DNA of 64,000 nt from an uncultured Gammaproteobacteria bacterium (GCA_964536615.1 CAZHYG010000001.1:70200-134199), one strand, 5' to 3'. Counted from the first letter of the stretch, positions 19,080 to 29,515 are shown. The notes: generated by a model from the letters alone, not told the origin. Numbers and translations: made by a program.

Positions 19080-21224
19080 CTAACGATTAATGATAATGCG
19101 CGGATCAACTGCCCACGCTTCTTTCTCGGTAATAATCACTGGATTGATGGTAATTTCCGAAAAATCAGAAACAGATTCCACCAGCCAGTGTAATTGTACC
19201 ATAAGATCAATTAATTTTTGCAGAGCATACGGCGAGCGCCCTCTAAACCCGGTCAATAATTGATATAGTTTTGTTTTTTTAACAACTTCCAGCGCACGAT
19301 TCTGATCAATCGGCCCAATTGTCATCTGTATATCTTTAAACAACTCTGCTGTAACACCGCCCGATCCAACCAAAAATACATTGCCGAAATTTTTATCATA
19401 TTTTACTCCCACAATTGCCTCCAAACCGGATTGAATTTGTTTTTGCACATGTATAAGAAATGGTGTGCCTTCAGGAATTTGTTTGGCGCTTGACTGTATC
19501 TGTTTCCAGCTCACAGCTAAATCTTTCTCTGTGCGGATATGAGCAATCACCGCTTTGGTTTCAGTTTTATGAATCAGGGCTGGAGAAGAAATTTTTAAAA
19601 CTACCGGCCATCCGCACGCACGCGCCGCTCGCAGCGCTTCGGCATACGTATCAACAATATGCGATTGCGGCACTTTAATTCCAGCGGTTTTTAAAACAAA
19701 ATCAGATTCTGAAAGAGAAAGAATTGTGTTATCGGTTGAAGCAGTGATTAAATTTTTTATCTTTTGTGTTTTCGGATGAGCAAAAATTGGAGCTATTGTT
19801 TTGATACGGCCCGCTTGCAGTTGCCGCTCGGCAAACTGGCGCCAACGCCACATTGCAGCCAGGGCTTTAACAGCTCGTTCCGGAAATCGAAATGATGGTA
19901 TTTTATATGCGTTAAGCACTCGCTCTCCCGCAACAATAGACGATCCCCCCATAAAAGAACAGACAATAGGTTTGTTGTATTTTGCGGAAAGATCACCGAT
20001 TAATTTGGCTGTAGCTTCTATCTCAGTCATAATTTGCGGGGTTACAATTACCACAACCGCGTTCACTTGCTTCTCTGCCAAAACGTCATTAACAGCTTCG
20101 CGAAACCTATCAGAAAGAGCATCGCCCAGCACATCAACCGGATTTAAAATATTTGCCGCTCGAGGCAATGTTTTTTCTAATTTTTGGTGTGTGGCTGCGC
20201 TTAATCGAGCCAAGGTCATCCCCTCTTTTTCAACCATATCAGTGCTGATTACAGCCGGACCGCCTGCATTTGAAACAATGGCAACAGCCGAACCTTCGGG
20301 CGCATTTTCCCAAGAAAATACTTTTGCTAAATCAAACATATCCTCAACTCCGTCACAACGAATAATACCAGCTTCAATACACGCAACATCTACCACAGCA
20401 TCATCTCCAGCCAATGATCCAGTATGAGAACGAATTGCCTGCTGTGCATGTTGAGAACGGCCTGGTTTTAGCAAAAATACCGGATTTTGCCGAGAAATCT
20501 GCCTGGCAATACGAATAAACTCGGAACCGTTATTAATAGATTCCAAGTACATGCCGATGGGTTGATATCTTGACAAGCCTACTTCATTTTGAGTGACTGT
20601 TTTTTGTTCAAGCCAGTATTGCAATATGTCATTTTCCCCAATAACCGACTTGTTGCCAAGAGTTATAAACTCACTAAAGCCCATACTATTTTCTTGCGCC
20701 CAGTCAAAAATACCGGATGCCAAAGCGCCAGACTGAGACATAAAACGCAAATTTCCAACCCTATTCTCTACCCGACTAAACGTCGCGTTAATGTTTTTGT
20801 TAGTATTAGCAAAACCAAGACAGTTTGGACCAAGGATGCGCAGATCATATTTTTTTGCCGCAGCCTGCAATTCACGCTCCAACTCCTCGCCAGCCGCACC
20901 AACTTCTTTGAAACCAGCGCTAAACAATACAATATTTTTTGTGCCTTTATTCCCAATTTCTTCCAAAAGCATGACTGCGGTTTGCGCTGGCACGGAAATA
21001 ATTGCCAAATCAGGCACTATTGGCAAACTGGAAAAATCAGAAAAACACGTAACTCCCAAAATTTCCGTGGCGTTTGGATTAATCGCAAACAAAGAACCCA
21101 AAAAACCGGATTCAATAATATTTTTAAGTACAATATGTCCAATTTTTTGCTCATCGCGAGACGCACCCAACACCGCAATAGACTGCGGGTTGAACAATGC
21201 GGTCAAAGCTTTTTTCTGTTGCAT
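19080..21224 (-). CDS. acetyl-CoA synthetase (ADP-forming), fused alpha/beta (NDP-forming acyl-CoA synthetase)
   Basis: N-terminal CoA-binding domain (SIAVLGASRDEQKIGHIVLKN), succinyl-CoA-synthetase-like flavodoxin domain, C-terminal ATP-grasp. Confidence 0.85.
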   Translation of the reverse strand: MQQKKALTALFNPQSIAVLGASRDEQKIGHIVLKNIIESGFLGSLFAINPNATEILGVTCFSDFSSLPIVPDLAIISVPAQTAVMLLEEIGNKGTKNIVLFSAGFKEVGAAGEELERELQAAAKKYDLRILGPNCLGFANTNKNINATFSRVENRVGNLRFMSQSGALASGIFDWAQENSMGFSEFITLGNKSVIGENDILQYWLEQKTVTQNEVGLSRYQPIGMYLESINNGSEFIRIARQISRQNPVFLLKPGRSQHAQQAIRSHTGSLAGDDAVVDVACIEAGIIRCDGVEDMFDLAKVFSWENAPEGSAVAIVSNAGGPAVISTDMVEKEGMTLARLSAATHQKLEKTLPRAANILNPVDVLGDALSDRFREAVNDVLAEKQVNAVVVIVTPQIMTEIEATAKLIGDLSAKYNKPIVCSFMGGSSIVAGERVLNAYKIPSFRFPERAVKALAAMWRWRQFAERQLQAGRIKTIAPIFAHPKTQKIKNLITASTDNTILSLSESDFVLKTAGIKVPQSHIVDTYAEALRAARACGWPVVLKISSPALIHKTETKAVIAHIRTEKDLAVSWKQIQSSAKQIPEGTPFLIHVQKQIQSGLEAIVGVKYDKNFGNVFLVGSGGVTAELFKDIQMTIGPIDQNRALEVVKKTKLYQLLTGFRGRSPYALQKLIDLMVQLHWLVESVSDFSEITINPVIITEKEAWAVDPRIIINR

Positions 21225-21226
21225 AT

Positions 21227-22216
21227 TTATCGCATGCGCGCTTGAATAATATGGTCAAGCATCTCTGAAAATGAAATGCCTGCTTTAGATGCTGCTTCCG
21301 GCAGAAGACTGGTAGGGGTCATGCCGGGAATGGTGTTTGTTTCCAAAATATATAAATTTTTTTCATTAGTAACAAAAATATCTGTGCGCGACATACCGGA
21401 GCACCCCAAGCTTTTGTGCGCCATGATAGCTAATTTTTGTATACGCAAATTAAGCTCCTCATCAAAATCAGCCGGACAAACGTGAGTGGAGCCGCCAGCT
21501 TTATATTTTGATTTATAATCATAAAATTCTCCCAAATTCGGCACAATGCGCGTTGGCGGCAGCGCCATGATCTCGCCGCGCTTTTCCAGTACGCCACACG
21601 TAGATTCTTTTCCAGAAATAAATTTTTGCACCATGAGCCACGAGAATGATTTAATTTCTTTTTTTACTGCCATCACAAATTCCTCCATAGTTTTTACAAT
21701 ATGCACTCCCACCGCCGACCCTTGGTCTACTGGCTTTACTACTGCCGGAAAACCTATATCTTTCATTACAGTTTGAGTTATTTGCTCAGCCTCCCTCTTC
21801 CAGCCGTCTTTTTTAAAATGAATAAACTCTGGGTACGGCAATTTATTGGCAAAAAATATTTGCGCGGAAAAAACTTTATTCATGGCCAGCGCGCTCGCAA
21901 GCACACCGGAGCCAGTATATGGAATGCCAAGCGTCTCAAGCATGCCCTGCACTCCCCCGTCCTCACCAGGCGACCCATGCAAAGCGATAAAAATAATTTC
22001 AAATAACCTTCTATCTTTGTGCTGCAAGTCCAATTTTCTTTTCCGCTTTTTTTGCGTATCAAGCAACCAAAAAACACGGTCTTTTGACATCTCCACTAAA
22101 AATGGCAAGTATTTTTTTCTATCCAGATTTTCAAATACAGCCGCGCCCGTGATTAGAGAAATATCCCTTTCCGATGAAGGCCCTCCCATCAACACTCCCA
22201 CTTTCATTTTTTTCAT
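21227..22216 (-). CDS. ddl: D-alanine--D-alanine ligase
   Basis: N-terminal KVGVLMGGPSSERDISL followed by an ATP-grasp fold. Confidence 0.9.
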   Translation of the reverse strand: MKKMKVGVLMGGPSSERDISLITGAAVFENLDRKKYLPFLVEMSKDRVFWLLDTQKKRKRKLDLQHKDRRLFEIIFIALHGSPGEDGGVQGMLETLGIPYTGSGVLASALAMNKVFSAQIFFANKLPYPEFIHFKKDGWKREAEQITQTVMKDIGFPAVVKPVDQGSAVGVHIVKTMEEFVMAVKKEIKSFSWLMVQKFISGKESTCGVLEKRGEIMALPPTRIVPNLGEFYDYKSKYKAGGSTHVCPADFDEELNLRIQKLAIMAHKSLGCSGMSRTDIFVTNEKNLYILETNTIPGMTPTSLLPEAASKAGISFSEMLDHIIQARMR

Positions 22217-22221
22217 AAAAA

Positions 22222-23433
22222 TTATTCTAAATATCCTAATGGATCAACGGGTATGCCGTTTAAACGAACTTCAAAATGAAGATGCGGCCCGGTTACAAAC
22301 GGACCAGCGCCAACTGTACCGGGCTTACCGCCCGACAATCCAATTACATCACCTTTATTTACAAACTGATCGGCGGCCACATCAATACGGCTTAAGTGGC
22401 CATACAACGTGGAAAGATTTCCTGTATGAACAATAAGCACATACGCATAACAGGTGGACACGGTACAAGTCTTAGCTCTGGCTACATACCCCGAGGCTGC
22501 CGCTCGCACAGGAGTGCCTTGAGAAGCCCGCAAATCTATCGCGCTATGTTCAAACACATTTCTAAACGGATAATCTGGATCATGAAAGCGTGCTGTAATA
22601 GTTCGGCTTGAAACCGGCCAAGAAAACGGACCGACACTATCGCCTAACTTATTTTCTTGCGCCAACTTTTTGCGTACCTGATCTTCGTAAGCGCGCTGCT
22701 CATTGATCACTGCCTGATATTGTTGTTTTAAGCTTGATAATAATGTTTTGTATTTTTGCTCGGAAGATTTGGTGGCAACCAGTAAATTTTCTTTGGCTGT
22801 TGACTGCTCTCTGAATTTTGTCTTTTTTTCTTCCAGGCTTATTTTAAGATCTTCATATGTTTTTTTAGTCGCAGCAATCTGGTCGCGCCTAGCTTGTAAA
22901 TCTTCTTTTATTACACGCAGAACTTTTGCAGATTGCCCCACATCTTTATAGACTTTAAGCGTATACTGCAGCTGATCGTAAAAAGAAGCAAAACTGCTAT
23001 TGGTAAGCAATACTTCAAGATATGATTTTTGTTTATCGGCATTAATACTCTGCACCATCTTAGTGATGATTTTTTTTTGCTTCTCCAAAGTCGCTTCTTT
23101 AGCGGCAATGCTTAATTCCAATTCTTCTATCTGCAGCTGCGCTTGATCAATTTTTTGCTCAGTAAGCTCAATATCGGTTTCCGCTTTAGCAATATGATTA
23201 TCAAGTATGCTTAATTGATTTTTTAACGACTGCGCCTCAGTCTGTTTTTGCGCAATATTTTTATTATATTTGTTAATTGTTTCTTCAAGCTGTTTAATAA
23301 CTTCTTTTTTAGCGGCAATTTGCCTGTTGAGTTCATTTATTTCCGCGGATACGGCTGTTTGAGCATGCACAAACAAAGGCGGATATACTATCGCCGATAC
23401 TAGGAATAAAAAAAATAGAGCAAATTTTTTCAT
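22222..23433 (-). CDS. M23 family metallopeptidase with long N-terminal coiled coil (EnvC/NlpD-like)
   Basis: Signal peptide, about 250 aa of coiled coil, C-terminal M23 motifs (HTGNL...GTPVRAAASGYV...GPHLHFEV). Confidence 0.8.
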   Translation of the reverse strand: MKKFALFFLFLVSAIVYPPLFVHAQTAVSAEINELNRQIAAKKEVIKQLEETINKYNKNIAQKQTEAQSLKNQLSILDNHIAKAETDIELTEQKIDQAQLQIEELELSIAAKEATLEKQKKIITKMVQSINADKQKSYLEVLLTNSSFASFYDQLQYTLKVYKDVGQSAKVLRVIKEDLQARRDQIAATKKTYEDLKISLEEKKTKFREQSTAKENLLVATKSSEQKYKTLLSSLKQQYQAVINEQRAYEDQVRKKLAQENKLGDSVGPFSWPVSSRTITARFHDPDYPFRNVFEHSAIDLRASQGTPVRAAASGYVARAKTCTVSTCYAYVLIVHTGNLSTLYGHLSRIDVAADQFVNKGDVIGLSGGKPGTVGAGPFVTGPHLHFEVRLNGIPVDPLGYLE

Positions 23434-23483
23434 AGCTCTATTATACCATAATTATGCCATTTATACGCTATGGCCGCAGTTTA

Positions 23484-23990
23484 CTATGTTTCATCATGTA
23501 AGCCCAAAGACATTTCAAGAATTTTAAAAAGATAGTATGATTTTTCTCGATCTATAGGCTTATTACCAAAAAAACCATCATCTGCAGATGATATGGTAAA
23601 AGGCTTGTCAGCAAGCACGCCTCGAATGACAGCCTCTCCATTTTCACGAGGGATTAATTCGGCAGAGGTAGGCACATTGCCTGTTTGTAATAATTGTATA
23701 ATTTCTTCATCTTTAACATATTTTACCCATGCAGCTATCTGTTTATTATCGTTATCTATAACCGCTTGTTCATGCAAAACATTTAGAGAAGTTTCTGGGT
23801 TTCGTATCCTGTCTACTATGTTCTTTTTTGCATTCTTTTTTGCCGCAATTTCTTTGGCTGCAGCAAAAAAATCAGCCGCTGATTTACGCACGAACACCCC
23901 TGTGTCAGCAGGATCGGCATTACCTTCATCATCTACATGCACATGACGCGAGGGATCAAACACCTCGCCGGATTTTCTATATGGCGACAT
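23484..23990 (-). CDS. hypothetical protein (168 aa)
   Basis: ORF only; no motif recognised. Confidence 0.35.
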   Translation of the reverse strand: MSPYRKSGEVFDPSRHVHVDDEGNADPADTGVFVRKSAADFFAAAKEIAAKKNAKKNIVDRIRNPETSLNVLHEQAVIDNDNKQIAAWVKYVKDEEIIQLLQTGNVPTSAELIPRENGEAVIRGVLADKPFTISSADDGFFGNKPIDREKSYYLFKILEMSLGLHDET

Positions 23991-23996
23991 ATGTTT

Positions 23997-25460
23997 TTAT
24001 TTTATTTTTTGCACAGCAATACCAAGACGATGCAAAACCTCTTTTGTACCCAACACCTCGGCAATCTCAAACGGCCCTGGTGAATTTTCTTGGCCAGACA
24101 ACGCTACGCGCATCGGCCACAATACCGAACCTGCTGAAAAACCTTGCTCCGCAATCCATGCTTTAGTTTTTTCTTCAAGCAATTGTTTATTCCACTGTGT
24201 TTCATCTAAATCTTCCACAAACGAAATTAAAGCAGGAAGAGTGCGAACCAGCTCTTCTTGAGTGCTTTTTTTCCAAATTAACAAATCGGCGCTATATTCT
24301 GGCAAAGTAAATACAAATTTAACGGCCTCTGGCAGTTCCGCCAGGGTAACAATTCGCTCCCGCTCTAAACCAACAACCTTTTCTAAAAGCTCATCATGCT
24401 TTATCCCAGCTTCTTCCAGCCAAGGTTTAGCCTGTTCAGCCAATTCAGTATTAGACAAATTTTTAATATATTGTTTATTGAACCAATTCAATTTTTCAAT
24501 ATTAAATACCGCGCCGGTATTGCCGACTTTCGCCAAATCAAAATCTTGCACCAGTTCTTCCATAGCATACATTTCTTTTTCCGTACCCGGATTCCAACCC
24601 AAAAACGCCACGAAATTTATGAGCGCTTCAGGCAGATAACCTTTTTTTCTATAATCTTCTACTGCCACATCTCCTTGGCGCTTGCTTAATTTTGATTTAT
24701 CCGGATTAAGCAACAACGGCAAATGCGCCATAGCCGGTACTTCCCAGCCAAAATATTTATACAACTGAACATGTTTTGGCACGCTGCTTATCCATTCTTC
24801 ACCGCGAATAATATGGGTAATACCCATCAAATGATCATCTACTACTACCGCAAAATGGTAGGTTGGGAAACCATCGGATTTTATAAGCACCTGATCATCT
24901 ACCAGTTCATTTTTAAATCGCACCTCTCCGCGAATCAGGTCGGTAAACATAGTTTCACCATGCTTATCCATTTTTAAACGAACTACATGCTTTTCTCCGC
25001 TTTCGGCTCGTTGTTTAGCTTCGGTCGGATCAAGTTTGGCGCATAAACCATCATAGCCGGTAGGCATTTTTCGAGCCTGTTGGTCGGCGCGCAGTTTTTC
25101 CAGTCTTTCTGAAGTGCAAAAACAATAATACGCATACCCGGCATCCAGTAATTTCTGCGCGTGTTCGGCATAAATAGCAAGACGTTCCGATTGCGTATAT
25201 GGACCATTTTCACCCTTATCGCTTATAGCACCATTTGCATCTTGCACAACACCCTCTTCAGGTGTAACTCCAGCCCAAAATAATGATTTTAAAATATTTG
25301 AAACACCATCGGCCACATAACGCTCTCGATCGGTATCTTCTATGCGCAACAAAAATGTTCCACCATGTTTTTTGGCAAACAAATATGAATACAGAGCGGT
25401 GCGCAGACCACCAACATGCAAATATCCAGTAGGGCTGGGAGCAAAACGGGTTTTAATCAT
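23997..25460 (-). CDS. gltX: glutamyl-tRNA synthetase
   Basis: Motif RFAPSPTGYLHVGGLRTAL (HIGH) and KLSKR (KMSKS-type). Confidence 0.95.
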   Translation of the reverse strand: MIKTRFAPSPTGYLHVGGLRTALYSYLFAKKHGGTFLLRIEDTDRERYVADGVSNILKSLFWAGVTPEEGVVQDANGAISDKGENGPYTQSERLAIYAEHAQKLLDAGYAYYCFCTSERLEKLRADQQARKMPTGYDGLCAKLDPTEAKQRAESGEKHVVRLKMDKHGETMFTDLIRGEVRFKNELVDDQVLIKSDGFPTYHFAVVVDDHLMGITHIIRGEEWISSVPKHVQLYKYFGWEVPAMAHLPLLLNPDKSKLSKRQGDVAVEDYRKKGYLPEALINFVAFLGWNPGTEKEMYAMEELVQDFDLAKVGNTGAVFNIEKLNWFNKQYIKNLSNTELAEQAKPWLEEAGIKHDELLEKVVGLERERIVTLAELPEAVKFVFTLPEYSADLLIWKKSTQEELVRTLPALISFVEDLDETQWNKQLLEEKTKAWIAEQGFSAGSVLWPMRVALSGQENSPGPFEIAEVLGTKEVLHRLGIAVQKIK

Positions 25461-25470
25461 AAAAAACTGC

Positions 25471-26064
25471 TTATTCTTTAACTAAAGTTATAAGAAAATT
25501 ATTACCAAACATTTCAATCTCACTTGTATATTTGTCATACTGCCCAACATCTTTTTGAGCAAAACTAACTGATTTTACTACTAATCCAATTCTTTTAAAG
25601 AACAACTCATCAACTGAAGGCAAGCCATCTTGATTTTTTGAAACTTTCATAAACTCCGGCACGAAACCAGGAGTATATGTTTCAGTTATATAAATTTTAC
25701 CATTTTTTTTCAATACCCGAACTATTTCTTGAAGTATTTCACCATAATATTCAGGATGGCTAAGACCCCGATCCCCAAACACATTGGTAAGCACAAACTC
25801 ATCCACTGCTTCATCTGCGAACGGCAGATTGCGCGCGTCAGCCTGCACCGGCATAGATTGCTTTTCCACATCCAATCTATCAAGCATTGTGGAGGCTCTT
25901 TTTGTACCGTCCTTGTCAATATCTATCGCAAAGTAACGTTCATCACTTTGTAATTTTCTATTACCAAGCAAAAAAAATGGCTTTCCATCGGTACCAATCT
26001 CTACCACAATTTTATTTTTTTTCTCTTCACCTCTTTCAGGCGACCCTACCATTCGCTCATTCAT
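25471..26064 (-). CDS. class I SAM-dependent methyltransferase (Methyltransf_11-like)
   Basis: Motif I-like VVEIGTDGKPF and post-I acidic DIDKDG. Motif DARNLPFADEAVDEFVL and LKKNGKIYI. Confidence 0.5.
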   Translation of the reverse strand: MNERMVGSPERGEEKKNKIVVEIGTDGKPFFLLGNRKLQSDERYFAIDIDKDGTKRASTMLDRLDVEKQSMPVQADARNLPFADEAVDEFVLTNVFGDRGLSHPEYYGEILQEIVRVLKKNGKIYITETYTPGFVPEFMKVSKNQDGLPSVDELFFKRIGLVVKSVSFAQKDVGQYDKYTSEIEMFGNNFLITLVKE

Positions 26065-26069
26065 AATAT

Positions 26070-26306
26070 TTATAATAAAATTTTTAATACAGCTATAACA
26101 GCCACCAAAGTCCAGATTGCATTGAGCGCCACTGGTTGATAGTTCTTTTTAACAAACGAGCTATACATAATACCAAAACCGCCAACAATGTTTAAAGCCT
26201 GAAATATTAAATCAGAGGCAACAAAAACTTCAAAACTAAGCAAAATATATGCGCACAGCACACACAGCACCCCTGCCCACCCAATAATTTCAGCTATTTT
26301 TTGCAT
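26070..26306 (-). CDS. small 2-TM membrane protein, hypothetical
   Basis: 78-aa hydrophobic ORF between the MTase and tagA-like genes. Confidence 0.3.
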   Translation of the reverse strand: MQKIAEIIGWAGVLCVLCAYILLSFEVFVASDLIFQALNIVGGFGIMYSSFVKKNYQPVALNAIWTLVAVIAVLKILL

Positions 26307-27021
26307 AGATTTTATGTAAAACCACCTTCAAAACAAACACCGCAGTCGCGTTAAAAATCCTACCTATTCGCCGTGGCTGCTGAGCCAAACGATAGACCCA
26401 TTCTAGCCCAAGTGAGCGCAAAAATAAAGGGGCGCGCTTGATATGCCCTGAAATAAAATCAAACGAGCCACCTACCCCCATAGCGATTTTAACATCTGGC
26501 ATTTTAGCAAGGTTTTCATAAATCCATTTTTCTTGTTTACCCATACCAAAAGCCACAAACAAAATCTGCGCGCCGGTTCTGTTAATTTCATCGGTTATTA
26601 TACTATCATCGCTGGCAGAAACTTCAGATAAAACCGGGCCTTTGTTGTAACCCGAGATAGGCAAATCTGGAAATTGCGCATGTAAATTTTCACAAGCATT
26701 TCGCACCACGTCTTCGTTTCCCGAACCAAGCAGATACACGCCTTTCCCCTGTTCGGCAGCCAATTTGCAAACTTCCAACATAAAATCAACTCCGGGAATT
26801 CGTTTTATTCCGGTAAATAGCTGCACACCCATGCCATCGCACAAATTTAAATCTCCGCTATTTAAAACTGTTTTAAAATACTCGTCTTTTTGAGCTTTTA
26901 CCAACATTTCTGGATTGGGAGTAAAAACCGTGCGCTGTTTTGGCGAATTTAAAAATTCAGTAATTTTTGACAAGGCTTGAATTTTATTTATTTCGTCAAT
27001 TCTTATATCCAATAAATTCAT
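26290..27021 (-). CDS. WecB/TagA/CpsF-family glycosyltransferase
   Basis: Motif FTPNPEMLVKAQKD...CDGMGV matches the TagA family. Confidence 0.8.
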   Translation of the reverse strand: MNLLDIRIDEINKIQALSKITEFLNSPKQRTVFTPNPEMLVKAQKDEYFKTVLNSGDLNLCDGMGVQLFTGIKRIPGVDFMLEVCKLAAEQGKGVYLLGSGNEDVVRNACENLHAQFPDLPISGYNKGPVLSEVSASDDSIITDEINRTGAQILFVAFGMGKQEKWIYENLAKMPDVKIAMGVGGSFDFISGHIKRAPLFLRSLGLEWVYRLAQQPRRIGRIFNATAVFVLKVVLHKIYAKNS

Positions 27022-27030
27022 ATGTATTAT

Positions 27031-27717
27031 TTATTTTCCAAATCGTCGCTGCCGTTTATTAAACTCAGCAATAGCTTTATCAAATTGATCCGTATCAAAA
27101 TCAGGCCATTCTACTTTTGGAAAATACAATTCACTATACGCGCCCTGCCATAATAAAAAACCTGAGGTACGCTGCTCTCCCGAAGTGCGAATAACCAAAT
27201 CGGGGTCAGGCAATCCGGCCGTATCCAAATTACAGCTTATAGTTTCAAAATCAATTTCAGAAGCTTTGACGCCGGATTTTATAATTTTTTGTATAGCGCG
27301 TTTTATCTCATCCCGCCCGCCATAATTAAGCGCCATGTTGGCGATAATACCGGTACAATCTTTGGTAAGCTCAATTGCGTGTTTGATTTTTTCTTGCAGA
27401 GATGCCGGTAATTCTTTGAGCGAGCCGATATGCCGAAAACGTATGCCTCTTTTTTTATAATCCGCAATATTTTTATCTATATATTTTTCAAATAATTTCA
27501 TCAGGTAGCCAACTTCTTTTTCTGAACGCGACCAGTTTTCCGTAGAAAAGCCATACATAGTAATGACTTTTACTCCCCTATTTTGAGCATGCAAAACAAT
27601 TTTTTTGGCATTTTCCATGCCTTTTTTGTGTCCAAAAAAAGTGGGCAGGCCTTTGGCTTTTGCCCAGCGCCGGTTGCCGTCTAAAATAATGGCTATATGA
27701 TCGGGAATTTTGTTCAT
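27031..27717 (-). CDS. uppS: undecaprenyl-diphosphate synthase (cis-prenyltransferase)
   Basis: Motif HIAIILDGNRRWA...GHKKG. The ORF track's 5' extension (to 27810) overlaps the Gly-rich tail of the upstream gene; the start at MNKIP (27717) is preferred. Confidence 0.9.
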   Translation of the reverse strand: MNKIPDHIAIILDGNRRWAKAKGLPTFFGHKKGMENAKKIVLHAQNRGVKVITMYGFSTENWSRSEKEVGYLMKLFEKYIDKNIADYKKRGIRFRHIGSLKELPASLQEKIKHAIELTKDCTGIIANMALNYGGRDEIKRAIQKIIKSGVKASEIDFETISCNLDTAGLPDPDLVIRTSGEQRTSGFLLWQGAYSELYFPKVEWPDFDTDQFDKAIAEFNKRQRRFGK

Positions 27718-27736
27718 ATTTATACAGTTAGTGTAT

Positions 27737-29416
27737 TTACCAGCTACCCCCACCACCTCCGCCGCGCCCACCGCCAGCACCGCCCCCGCCGCCAACACCA
27801 GAAGATTCAAAGCTGCTATTAAATCCGCCTAACGAAGCTGCAAAAGCCGTTGCTGAAAAATTACTGGAATAATGACCGCTATACCAGTTTGGATAAGCGG
27901 TATAAATATGCTCAAACTGTTGCGCCCATTTTTTTTCCACACCTAAAGCCATAGCAAACGGCAGTAACTTTTCAAACTGTTCTGGATTTTTTTCAGGCGC
28001 ATTATGAAATGCTAACCTATCTTTTTCAGCCACTTCTAAATATTTTTTTAGACCCAAGATATAATCTCTAGTCAAAGCACCCTTCTTTGTTAGAGCGGGC
28101 ATTATAAAAGCAAAAGTAATAATAATACCGCCAGAAATAACAAGCGGCCCCAACAATTCCAAGTTAAACGCAAACTTTATTGCCAAATAGATAATAATAA
28201 CTCCAGTGGTTATATAGCCTTGTCGCAATATGTCGGGGTTAAATCTAAAATAACCCTTATCAGCAAGGTCTTTATATAATATCTTCTTACTTTTTTTAAT
28301 ATATGCATAAACTAATCTGTTCTTTTTTAAACTGGATAACAAAACTGTTTTTCCAGGTATTTTATTAAACAGGGCCGATAAAATCACGGCATCATGCTGA
28401 TTCTCTGCTGGGTATACTGATTTTAATAATACAAGCTCGTAATCATCCTTAGGATATAGCAAACCCTTTTTCTCCACTTGATTAATTTTTATATACCCTC
28501 GGATCGCCAAACTAATAATTTCCGCTGAAATATCCCTATTGCTTACTTTTTGATCAAAAATGGCACCAACTTCGGCTGGCGTTAAATTATCAGGCACATC
28601 AAACTGGGTTATAATCGTGCGAGCACTCTTAAAATCCTTGCCAAAAATTCTCCATACAATCAATAGAAATAAAAAAAGTATGACTGGTAATAAAAATGAC
28701 GGATTGGCATAAACAAGATTCAGTATCACATGAAACAAGCTCGGTTGCTTTATAACTCCTTTAGGCATATCAAGCCGCAAAGTTATTCCGCTCTCAGAAG
28801 GAATCTTAAACTGTCGGATGTATACCGGATTTGCCAAACGAGCTTCCTGACAAAGCTCAAGAGAGCCGAGGCTCCCCTCATAACAAAATAGGCTTGTTTT
28901 TTCTATATCCATGCGCCCCGGCAACCAAACAGAGACAGTTGCTGCGCCAATAGGCACTTGCCATTCGTTACCGGTCGCATTCCAATAAAACTGATCTTTT
29001 GTTTCAAGAAAATTCACCGCGTTTTGCACGGTATAATTTATCGTATAAGTGTGCCGGCCTGTGATAAGTTTTTTGGAATCTCCAATTTTGATTACAATAT
29101 CTTTGTCTGTTTTTGAAGTATGAAAAATAAGAGGTTCATTATTTTCATCCGTAACGCGTATATCGCTAATATACAACGGCAAATTCTTAAAAACAGATCC
29201 TTGTTGGTACGGAATATTTCTAAAAATTCCGTGTTTTTGCAAAGATCCAAAATCATACTCAATCGTTTCGGAAACTTGCACAGAAGAATCCTCTTGAATG
29301 CTAATTACTACATCAAAAAATTTTATTTCTTCAGCTTTAACAAAGTTTGGCAAAAAAATTGCCACGGCCATTAGAGCTAAAACAGTTATTTTTTTTAACA
29401 TAGATACAGATAGCAA
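27737..29416 (-). CDS. DUF2207-like membrane protein with signal peptide, extracytoplasmic N-domain, TM helices and C-terminal Gly-rich tail ending GGGGGSW
   Basis: Architecture and the terminal poly-Gly + SW match the DUF2207 family. The GC-rich codons at 27737-27800 are the Gly tail. Confidence 0.55.
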   Translation of the reverse strand: MLSVSMLKKITVLALMAVAIFLPNFVKAEEIKFFDVVISIQEDSSVQVSETIEYDFGSLQKHGIFRNIPYQQGSVFKNLPLYISDIRVTDENNEPLIFHTSKTDKDIVIKIGDSKKLITGRHTYTINYTVQNAVNFLETKDQFYWNATGNEWQVPIGAATVSVWLPGRMDIEKTSLFCYEGSLGSLELCQEARLANPVYIRQFKIPSESGITLRLDMPKGVIKQPSLFHVILNLVYANPSFLLPVILFLFLLIVWRIFGKDFKSARTIITQFDVPDNLTPAEVGAIFDQKVSNRDISAEIISLAIRGYIKINQVEKKGLLYPKDDYELVLLKSVYPAENQHDAVILSALFNKIPGKTVLLSSLKKNRLVYAYIKKSKKILYKDLADKGYFRFNPDILRQGYITTGVIIIYLAIKFAFNLELLGPLVISGGIIITFAFIMPALTKKGALTRDYILGLKKYLEVAEKDRLAFHNAPEKNPEQFEKLLPFAMALGVEKKWAQQFEHIYTAYPNWYSGHYSSNFSATAFAASLGGFNSSFESSGVGGGGGAGGGRGGGGGGSW

Positions 29417-29459
29417 TTTATGTATGTTATAATAAAAACTAACCTCAATATTATCAAAC

Positions 29460-29487
29460 TTGACACTTTTTCACAAGATGTTATACT
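29460..29487 (+). promoter_or_regulatory. sigma70-type promoter of clpB (TTGACA-16-TATACT)
   Basis: cTTGACActttttcacaagatgtTATACTatt read directly from the sequence. Confidence 0.6.
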
Positions 29488-29488
29488 A

Positions 29489-29515
29489 TTATCACTCTAT
29501 AGTTTAGAGTGATAA
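29489..29515 (+). promoter_or_regulatory. CIRCE-like operator (HrcA-type inverted repeat TTATCACTC-N9-GAGTGATAA) overlapping the clpB transcription start
   Basis: Perfect 9-bp inverted repeat with a 9-nt spacer. It matches the CIRCE consensus TTAGCACTC-N9-GAGTGCTAA at 8 of 9 positions per arm. Confidence 0.6.

Noticed and set aside
23570-23600. Palindrome CATCATCTGCAGATGATATG
   Set aside because: It lies inside the coding region of the 168-aa ORF and contains a PstI-type palindrome. It is most likely coincidental.
27718-27810. 5' extension of uppS (MNLLVLAAGAV...)
   Set aside because: It overlaps the Gly-rich C-terminus of the upstream gene in another frame, and the Gly/Ala-rich sequence is an artefact of the GC-rich poly-Gly codons. 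The conserved UppS N-terminus begins at MNKIP.
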